In this document: positions 24,282-30,831 of the stretch, one piece after another | How positions within the stretch are numbered: the first letter of the stretch is position 1 | How the letters are laid out: each line of letters starts with the position of its first letter | Source of the DNA: Oscillospiraceae bacterium | GTDB taxonomy: Bacteria; Bacillota; Clostridia; Oscillospirales; Acutalibacteraceae | Direction: 5' to 3' | Length of the DNA stretch: 30,831 nucleotides | Assembly (NCBI GenBank): GCA_009779455.1 | Contig: WREG01000001.1 | Span: 1 to 30,831 of the forward strand | Translations under genes and position numbers: made by a program | Notes under the pieces: model-generated | What the model was told of the DNA's origin: nothing | Seen by the model: the letters and a program-made list of their open reading frames with translations, nothing else | Databases searched by the model: none

Positions 24282-24881
24282 TTAAACTTTTGCGCGAATA
24301 AATAGCGGTATCCCCGTCTCTTCGCTTATCTTCCGGCAAGCGGACAGGGACGCGGGGCTTAAAACGTCAACCGCCGTAAAATTCACGTTTTTTATCAGCG
24401 TTTTGCATTCCTTTGCGAAGTCGAGCATTGCCCCGAACGCCGCCTCACCGTAGGCGGTTCGGCACAGTTTTTGATATTCCTCTTTATTCGGCGCGTTGAG
24501 GCTTATTGACGCGCTGTCTATATTTTTGCAAAGCAGCGGCGCGGTTTTTTTCCCGTTTATTAAATCCGAAAGGCCGTTTGTGTTGAGCCGCAAGGGAATA
24601 TCGCGCTTTGATTTTATATATTCAGCGACGGCAAGCAGCAAATCAAGCCTTTCCGTCGGTTCGCCGTAGCCGCAGAACACCGCTTCGTCAAAATCTTCAA
24701 GATTATAGCCGTCTACAGCTTTTTTAATGTCCCCAAAATCAGGCTCGCGTTCAAGCCACAGGCTCTCCCCCTCGTTTACGCCGTCGGCGGCTCGCCTCAA
24801 ACAAAACACGCAGTTCGCAGGGCAGCGGTTGGTGATATTGAAATAAAGCTTTGTTTTAAGCTTATAAGCGTATACATTCAC
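24282..24881 (-). CDS. Radical SAM protein (TIGR04100 / TatD-associated type)
   Basis: LYFNITNRCPANCVFC (CxxxCxxC), SLWLEREP, VFCGYGEPT, RLNTNGLSDLI, SISLNAP. Confidence 0.88.
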   Translation of the reverse strand: MNVYAYKLKTKLYFNITNRCPANCVFCLRRAADGVNEGESLWLEREPDFGDIKKAVDGYNLEDFDEAVFCGYGEPTERLDLLLAVAEYIKSKRDIPLRLNTNGLSDLINGKKTAPLLCKNIDSASISLNAPNKEEYQKLCRTAYGEAAFGAMLDFAKECKTLIKNVNFTAVDVLSPASLSACRKISEETGIPLFIRAKV

Positions 24882-25390
24882 AATAATCTTTCCTTCAAAC
24901 CCCGGCTGTCGAAAACAGCCCCTATAACAAAATAAAAAATCATGCTTCCCGCGGCTTGCAAAATGTTGAAGGGAAGCGATTCAAGCGGGACTATAAAACT
25001 GCCGGAAATCATCCCTTCGGCGGCATAATATCCCGCAATACAGATAATTCCCGCCAAAACGGGCGCGATTTTATTTCTTGCGGGGCGCAATATTTTTTTA
25101 TCTTTCCCCGCAAAACACAGGACCATCAATGTTTTTATAATGACGGTAAAGGGTATCCATACAGGGAAGCCGCAGGCAAAATCCGCGAACCCCGCCCCGA
25201 AGGCCGACGCTGCCGCGGCATAAGGCAGGGGGAGGAACGACGCCGCGAGATAAATAAATGTATCGCCGAAATGTAAGTACGCCCCGCCCGCGCCGACAGG
25301 AAAGTGAAGAAGATACGCGGTAAAAATAAAAATCACCGCCGAAAAAAACGCGCTTATTGATATCGTTTTGATTTTCACCCGGACCACCAA
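24878..25390 (-). CDS. ECF-type S-component-like membrane protein (TIGR04002 type)
   Basis: SAFFSAVIFIFTAY..H.P.G..GAYLHFGD.FIYLAAS.LP..YA, WIPFTVIIK. Start uncertain (25390 or GTG 25378). Overlaps the rSAM start by 4 nt. Confidence 0.78.
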   Translation of the reverse strand: MVVRVKIKTISISAFFSAVIFIFTAYLLHFPVGAGGAYLHFGDTFIYLAASFLPLPYAAAASAFGAGFADFACGFPVWIPFTVIIKTLMVLCFAGKDKKILRPARNKIAPVLAGIICIAGYYAAEGMISGSFIVPLESLPFNILQAAGSMIFYFVIGAVFDSRGLKERLL

Positions 25391-25394
25391 AATT

Positions 25395-25437
25395 AATTAT
25401 TATAGGGGCGAATTTTATTTCCGCCCCTGTAATAATT
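25395..25437. terminator. Terminator-like hairpin after the lipoprotein gene
   Basis: AATTATTATAGGGGCG / CGCCCCTGTAATAATT, 16-bp stem with one wobble. Confidence 0.7.
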
Positions 25438-25452
25438 CTATTTTAAATATTA

Positions 25453-26475
25453 TCAATATTCAAAATCCTTGACTTTAAGATTGTTATAAAGCTGCTGAAC
25501 GAGATCGATCTTCACAACAAACAAAGCCGTAGCCTTTGCGGTTATTTCCACCACCATTTCGTGGTCAAGGTTCACTATCTGTTTTGTGTCGGGGTTAAAC
25601 TCCAGCACAGCTGTGCAGTCGTGGTATACAAGCGAATAGTCAACATCCTTAAGCAAAGCCGTCACCAATGAATTGCCTAATATTTCAGCGTCAATTTCAT
25701 TTTTCGACAGAGGGCTGAACATAGCGCCGTGGTAGCTGGGGGATGTGGTCGCGCCGTCGTCAGGCGGCTCCGGATTGTTTTCATCATTGAGGACAATTGT
25801 AACCTGAGCGTTGCCGTTCGGAAGAATTTCGTATTTGGCCTCTTTTATCGCGTTAGCGTCGGTCAAAAGGCAGCCCTTGGCCGTTTTGTTAACCGGGAAC
25901 CATCTCATGTCGTTGCCCTTGTCGAAATTTTCCCATTCAGCCTGATCCTCGGTAGTCATAAAGTTGCCCGCAAGGTTAAGAAGCTGGTTGATAATCGTAG
26001 CGCTTGCGTTTATTTGCCTGTTTGCCGCGTCGCCGGGGATGGTCTGATATTCCTTCTGCGAACGCTTGGGCTGGTCGGTCTTGGCTTTGTTCATGACTTC
26101 CGTATAAATCGCAAGTATCTCCGCCTTTGATTTTTCATTTGTGTTCACAGGCGCGGACGGTTCCGTAGTCGGGGTTTCCGCACCGTCTTGCTGATTTGCC
26201 GTTGTTGTTGCCGCAGGGGTTCCGCTGCCGGCGGTTGTGCTTTCGCCTGAAGCCGGGGGTGCCGTAGTCTCTGAAGCGGCGGGAGGGGTTTGCGTCGGGG
26301 TTTGAACCGGGGGCTGGGTGTTGACGACCGCGCCGCCGCCGTCAACAGCCACGCCGCCGCCGTTTATGATTATGTTGATGACCGGCGGTGTTTTTTCCGT
26401 TCCGCACGCCGCCAGCGTCAACAGCATAATTGCCGCCAAAACCGCAGCGCCCACGCGTAGTATGTTCTTTTTCAT
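25453..26475 (-). CDS. Hypothetical lipoprotein with Thr/Pro/Ala-rich linker
   Basis: MKKNILRVGAAVLAAIMLLTLAA-C lipobox, low-complexity TPPAASETT linker, SD AAGGAG. Confidence 0.78.
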   Translation of the reverse strand: MKKNILRVGAAVLAAIMLLTLAACGTEKTPPVINIIINGGGVAVDGGGAVVNTQPPVQTPTQTPPAASETTAPPASGESTTAGSGTPAATTTANQQDGAETPTTEPSAPVNTNEKSKAEILAIYTEVMNKAKTDQPKRSQKEYQTIPGDAANRQINASATIINQLLNLAGNFMTTEDQAEWENFDKGNDMRWFPVNKTAKGCLLTDANAIKEAKYEILPNGNAQVTIVLNDENNPEPPDDGATTSPSYHGAMFSPLSKNEIDAEILGNSLVTALLKDVDYSLVYHDCTAVLEFNPDTKQIVNLDHEMVVEITAKATALFVVKIDLVQQLYNNLKVKDFEY

Positions 26476-26679
26476 TAATATCAATCTCCTTTATGAATAG
26501 CAATTAATCCTACAAACTAAAATTTACACTATAATCAAAGATTTGTCAATAGTAAAATATAGAAAAGTTCATATATTATTTTAATTTATTTTTTTCTGTT
26601 GACAATAATATACAATATGTTAAAATTATTATAAATATCAGCGCATTTTATTACCTAAAAATATACATAAAGGAGTTTA

Positions 26680-28044
26680 ATGGCAATTATGAAAAATAAG
26701 GAAAAATTCTTAAAAAACCTCGCAGACGCAATCAAATTCAAAACAATATCCAATAATGACGAAAACAAGGTTGACTGGGCCGAATTCGAGCGGTTCCACG
26801 ATTTCCTCGAGGAACGCTACCAACTTATCCATAAGACCCTCGAAAGGGAAAAAGTGAGCCGCGCCAGCCTTTTATACCGCTGGAAAGGCTCTGACGGCTC
26901 GTTGCCGCCTATGGCGATGATCGCGCACATGGACGTAGTCCCCGTTTCGGCAGGCACGGAAAAGGACTGGAAGCACCCGCCGTTCTCCGGCTGTTATGAC
27001 GGCAAGAACTTATGGGGCAGGGGTTCCCTTGACATGAAAAACCATCTCATAGGCATTATGGAAAGCGTCGAAGCCCTGCTTGAAGAAGGCTTCACGCCGA
27101 AAAGGGACGTTTACATCTGCCTCGGCCAGGACGAAGAGGTCATGTCGGGCGAAAAATCGGGGGCTCTGGCTATGGCAAGGCTTTTGAAAAGCCGGGGCGT
27201 CCGCCTCGACAGCCTGAACGACGAGGGCGGTGCCATACTCAACGCGAAAATCCCGGGGGTTATAAATAAAAGGGTGGCGGCAATAGGCGTCGCGGAAAAG
27301 GGCTATGTCGATTTTGAGATCTCCGTGAACGCGAAGGGCGGGCATTCCTCTCAGCCCCCTAAACACTCGGCTTTAGGGGTTATGGCAGACGTTATCAAGG
27401 ATATCGAAAACAACCAGTTCAAGCCGGTTTTCACCGATCTGACCGACCAGATAATGGATGAGGCGGCGAATTGCCTTTCCTTCCCCGCCAAAATCCTGTC
27501 GCCCGCGCTTCTGGCTTTAAAACCCCATTTGAAATACATTTTGGACGCCATACCCATAACAAACTGCTTCGTGCGGACAACCACGGCGGTGACAATGGCA
27601 AGCGGAAGCCCTTCGCAGAACGTATTGCCGCAAAAGGCCACCATCAACGCGAATTTCAGGATAATGCCCGGAACCACCATAGCCGACGTTGAAAGGCATA
27701 TCAGGAAAGTAGTGAAAAATAAAAATATCGAAGTCAAAATGTATAAAGGCCAGGAGCCTTCCGGCATTTCCGACACGAAAACCGAGAGCTACGGCAAGCT
27801 GAAACGGCTGTGCATGGATATTTACGGCAAAAACACCGCCGTCATCCCTTTCCTCGTCATGGGCTCCACTGACGCCTACCATTATCAGCAGGTCACGGAC
27901 AATATTTACCGTTTTACGCCCTTCCAGCTTGACGCCAGCCTTTTGAACACCGCCCACGGGACAAATGAGAGGCTGCCCTGCGAAAATCTGGACGAGGCGC
28001 TGGATTTTTTTGAAAAATATATAAAAGTGATGTCCGATGACTAA
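26680..28044 (+). CDS. M20 family peptidase / amidohydrolase (carboxypeptidase S/PM20D1-like)
   Basis: AHMDVVP, WGRGSLDMK, QDEE, DEGG, GGHSS, G.TD, HGTNE. SD AAGGAG. Confidence 0.9.
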   Translation: MAIMKNKEKFLKNLADAIKFKTISNNDENKVDWAEFERFHDFLEERYQLIHKTLEREKVSRASLLYRWKGSDGSLPPMAMIAHMDVVPVSAGTEKDWKHPPFSGCYDGKNLWGRGSLDMKNHLIGIMESVEALLEEGFTPKRDVYICLGQDEEVMSGEKSGALAMARLLKSRGVRLDSLNDEGGAILNAKIPGVINKRVAAIGVAEKGYVDFEISVNAKGGHSSQPPKHSALGVMADVIKDIENNQFKPVFTDLTDQIMDEAANCLSFPAKILSPALLALKPHLKYILDAIPITNCFVRTTTAVTMASGSPSQNVLPQKATINANFRIMPGTTIADVERHIRKVVKNKNIEVKMYKGQEPSGISDTKTESYGKLKRLCMDIYGKNTAVIPFLVMGSTDAYHYQQVTDNIYRFTPFQLDASLLNTAHGTNERLPCENLDEALDFFEKYIKVMSDD

Positions 28045-28132
28045 AATTTTGTTTTTATATATTGCATTTTTACATATTTCCGTTGTATAATAATTGTGGT
28101 CATAATAGAATATCGAAAGGATGGCAGTTCAA

Positions 28133-28318
28133 ATGGAAAGAACTGTAAGTTTTAATATCCCAATTAATCTTTCAAATTCATGTCCTCCGGATATCGGCAT
28201 TTCCGAAGAGCTTTTATTAGCTCAAAAAGACCGTGCGGACGGGTACAAAGGCCGTGATTTTAAAGAAATAGCGGTTGAAATGAAAAAAATAATAACAGAG
28301 GCAGAAAATGGAAGATGA
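28133..28318 (+). CDS. Small protein (61 aa), probable antitoxin of the RelE/ParE toxin
   Basis: Own promoter (TTGCAT, 18 nt, TATAAT at 28062-28091) and SD AAAGGA. Overlaps the toxin start by 11 nt. Charged C-terminal helix resembles antitoxin tails. Confidence 0.55.
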   Translation: MERTVSFNIPINLSNSCPPDIGISEELLLAQKDRADGYKGRDFKEIAVEMKKIITEAENGR

Positions 28319-28628
28319 TAAATATGCTGTGATTTTAGCTCGGCGTGCGGACAATATGCTGATTGCCCACATTGATTTTTTAGCACAGGTAAGCCCGTCC
28401 GCCGCCCGCAATTTATATGCCGATTTTAACAAGTCGATGATTTTATTATCAAAAAACCCGTTTCGACAACCTTTTGCCGATGAGTTGGATGCAACGGGAA
28501 TTCCCGCAAACACGTATCGAAAAAAAATATTTTATAATGGGTATAAAGCATTATACATAATTGAAAACACCACAGTGTATGTAGATGCTATTATCGATTG
28601 CAGGCAAGAAAATAAAAATTTGTATTAA
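28308..28628 (+). CDS. RelE/ParE family type II toxin
   Basis: YAVILARRADNML..HIDFLAQVSPSAA...L..NPFR.P...YRK...Y.ALYIIE...VYVDAIIDCRQ. Confidence 0.82.
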   Translation: MEDDKYAVILARRADNMLIAHIDFLAQVSPSAARNLYADFNKSMILLSKNPFRQPFADELDATGIPANTYRKKIFYNGYKALYIIENTTVYVDAIIDCRQENKNLY

Positions 28629-28630
28629 TT

Positions 28631-29164
28631 TTAAACAATGTTGTATTTTCCCTCGTATTCGCAAAACAAATTATACCACTTTTCATGCTTGAAATTGTCT
28701 TTAACGTCAGCCGGGTCAAAATAATGCCCCATTTTCATGTTGTGGAGCATAGCTTCCAGAATCAGGCATTCCCGCAGGTACTCATCCCCAAGCATGGAGT
28801 CGATATCGGTATTCATTTTCTCGCTGATGCCGTCTATGGCGGAGCGGTATAAAATATTTTGCCTTCCGAGCAGATATCCAATCCGCTCAAGGCAGTTTAT
28901 GCCCTCGCGCATATCCTTTACGCTTAATTTCCCTTTGAAATTAAGCGTTTTTTCGCCCCCGTTCAAAATATTGTCAACGCTTGTGCCAAGAGCGTCCGCG
29001 AGGTCGGTCAATATTGATGTGTCGGGCAGAGCTTCGCCCCGCTCCCACTTGGAAACGGCCTGATATGAGACGTGCAAAGCCTCGCCAAGCCCGTTTTGTG
29101 TCATTTTTTTGCTTTTCCTGAGCGCCGATATCTGCGCCCCGGTTTTTTTAGGGTCAACAGCCAT
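28631..29164 (-). CDS. XRE-family helix-turn-helix transcriptional regulator
   Basis: GAQISALRKSKKMTQNGLGEALHVSYQAVSKWERGEALPD. Confidence 0.9.
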   Translation of the reverse strand: MAVDPKKTGAQISALRKSKKMTQNGLGEALHVSYQAVSKWERGEALPDTSILTDLADALGTSVDNILNGGEKTLNFKGKLSVKDMREGINCLERIGYLLGRQNILYRSAIDGISEKMNTDIDSMLGDEYLRECLILEAMLHNMKMGHYFDPADVKDNFKHEKWYNLFCEYEGKYNIV

Positions 29165-29221
29165 TTTTATCGCCTTTCTTTCGTTACAAGGTTTCGTTCC
29201 CTTAATTTAAAACCTGTAACT

Positions 29222-29250
29222 ATTATAATCCTTTAAACCTATATTGTAAA
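29222..29250 (-). promoter_or_regulatory. Promoter of the XRE gene
   Basis: Minus strand TTTACA (29250-29245), 17 nt, TATAAT (29227-29222), flanked by AAACCT repeats. Confidence 0.5.
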
Positions 29251-29322
29251 TAACCGGGCGGTTTATCTTTCTTTCGGCAAATTCAAATACAGGTTGATAA
29301 TAAAATATTTAAACATTATACA

Positions 29323-29351
29323 TTGACATTATGTTTCTTATTCTCTATAAT
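29323..29351 (+). promoter_or_regulatory. Perfect consensus sigma-A promoter of xylA
   Basis: TTGACA (29323-29328), 17 nt, TATAAT (29346-29351). Confidence 0.8.
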
Positions 29352-29394
29352 CAATTATGGAGAATTTTATTATTATTGAAAGGCGGCTGCAACA

Positions 29395-30717
29395 ATGAGA
29401 GAAACATTTAATAATATACCGAAAATCAAATATGAGGGGCCGAAATCGAAAAACCCGCTTGCTTTCCGCTTTTATAACCCCGGAGAGGCTATAGGCGGCA
29501 AGACCATGCGCGAGCAGCTGAAGTTCGCAATGTCATACTGGCACACCATTTGCGGCGAGGGGGCGGATATGTTCGGACCCGGCACGGCGGACAAAAGCTT
29601 TAATGAAAAATCGCCTATGTACCTGTATAAGCACAAGGCGAGGGCGGCCTTCGAGCTTATGGATAAGCTGTCGATAGACTGGTTCTGTTTCCACGACAGG
29701 GACATAGCCCCCGAAAGCCTTACTTTGGCGGGGTCGAACGCCCGGCTTGACGAAATGACGGATATTATCGGGGATTTGATGCGGGAAAGCGGCAAAAAGC
29801 TCCTTTGGGGCACGGCGAACCTGTTTTCCAATCCCCGCTTTATGCACGGCGCGGGTACGGCTGCAAACGCGGAGGTTTTCGCCTTCGCTGCGGCGCAGGT
29901 GAAAAAGGCCCTCGAAATTACGGTAAGGCTCGGCGGGACGGGCTATGTGTTCTGGGGCGGCCGTGAAGGCTACGAGACGCTTTTGAACACAGACATGGGC
30001 TTCGAGATTGACAATATGGCGCGGTTTTTAAAGCTTATGACGGCATACGGCAGAAAAATCGGCTTCAAAGGCGATTATTATATAGAACCCAAGCCGAAAG
30101 AGCCGACCGCCCATCAATACGATTTCGACGCGGCCTCCGTACTGGCGTTCCTGCGGAAATACGGCCTTGAAAAGGAGATAAAACTGAATATTGAGGCGAA
30201 CCACGCCACGCTGGCCGGGCATACCTTCCAGCATGAGCTGAGGACGGCCCGCGAAAACGGCGCGTTCGGCTCCATCGACGCCAACCAAGGCAACCTGCTC
30301 CTGGGCTGGGATACGGACCAATTCCCGTCGAATGTATACGAAACGGCGTTCTGCATGTACGAGGTGATAAAGGCCGGCGGCTTCACAAACGGCGGCCTGA
30401 ACTTCGATGCGAAAAACCGCCGCGGGTCGTATAAGCACGAGGATATATTCAAGGGCTATATTTTGGGCATGGATTCCTTCGCCCTGGGCCTGCGGCTGGC
30501 ATATAAAATCATAGAGGACGGCAGGCTTGACGCCTTTGTCGAGAACAGGTACAAAAGCTTTAAAACGGGCATAGGCGCGGATATTATAAGCGGCAGGGCC
30601 ACGGTCGAGGATCTGGAGAAGTTCGCCCTTGACAAAGGGGATGTTATGGAATTTGTGGAGAGCGGGGGGCAGGAGGAGCTTGAGGGGATTGTTAATCAGA
30701 TATTTTTTGCGGGTTAA
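29395..30717 (+). CDS. xylA: Xylose isomerase (class II)
   Basis: [68 protein letters not shown]. Confidence 0.97.
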   Translation: MRETFNNIPKIKYEGPKSKNPLAFRFYNPGEAIGGKTMREQLKFAMSYWHTICGEGADMFGPGTADKSFNEKSPMYLYKHKARAAFELMDKLSIDWFCFHDRDIAPESLTLAGSNARLDEMTDIIGDLMRESGKKLLWGTANLFSNPRFMHGAGTAANAEVFAFAAAQVKKALEITVRLGGTGYVFWGGREGYETLLNTDMGFEIDNMARFLKLMTAYGRKIGFKGDYYIEPKPKEPTAHQYDFDAASVLAFLRKYGLEKEIKLNIEANHATLAGHTFQHELRTARENGAFGSIDANQGNLLLGWDTDQFPSNVYETAFCMYEVIKAGGFTNGGLNFDAKNRRGSYKHEDIFKGYILGMDSFALGLRLAYKIIEDGRLDAFVENRYKSFKTGIGADIISGRATVEDLEKFALDKGDVMEFVESGGQEELEGIVNQIFFAG

Positions 30718-30765
30718 TTAATTGTTATTAGGGCATAATTTTTATAAAAAAGGAGCGATTATTCA

Positions 30766-30831
30766 ATGTTTGCTTACGAATTTCAAACAGCTGTAAATGG
30801 AGATTATATACGGATTCCCGATGAATGCAAA
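30766..30831 (+). CDS. Hypothetical protein, 3'-partial (MFAYEFQTAVNGDYIRIPDECK...)
   Basis: SD AAGGAG and an open frame to the window edge. The pattern recalls small AbrB-like/antitoxin-type proteins but is too short to call. Confidence 0.5.
   Translation, partial: MFAYEFQTAVNGDYIRIPDECK

Noticed and set aside
298-30452. Many 60-210 aa ORFs in the track that lie antisense to, or out of frame within, called genes (e.g. 298..768-, 3266..3901-, 14152..14583+, 21787..22227+, 30028..30438-)
   Set aside because: No family motifs or SD support. They are shadows of well-supported genes on the opposite strand or frame.

Overview
Chromosomal window from a Bacillota bacterium, most likely Clostridia (Oscillospirales/Ruminococcaceae-like). 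This is inferred from sigma-A type promoters, a dockerin-bearing protein and a frameshift-free prfB. Core and metabolic genes: valS 3' end, folC, gtrA-like, sanA-like, prfB, a six-gene minus-strand run (fhs, DUF1846, OFA-type MFS, iorA, iorB, paaK), flavodoxin-family protein, M14 and M20 peptidases, a radical SAM/ECF-S pair, an XRE regulator and xylA. Between them lie many small accessory units. These include a GNAT/methyltransferase cluster, secreted RCC1-repeat+dockerin and beta-helix proteins, and at least five toxin-antitoxin (TA) modules or remnants. Signals missing from the ORF track: (1) a complete type I TA-like locus (24-aa hydrophobic peptide plus convergent antisense RNA); (2) a YoeB/Txe toxin N-terminus fused in frame to a membrane metallophosphoesterase behind a relB-like antitoxin; (3) a PIN-toxin/antitoxin deletion chimera overlapping the folC start; (4) palindromic elements inserted exactly in frame in folC (36 bp) and iorA (27 bp, GTAG-REP-like); (5) a dispersed heptamer tandem-repeat family at gene ends. 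No rRNA, tRNA, CRISPR array, integrase or transposase was recognised. Family names come from motif recognition, not database searches.
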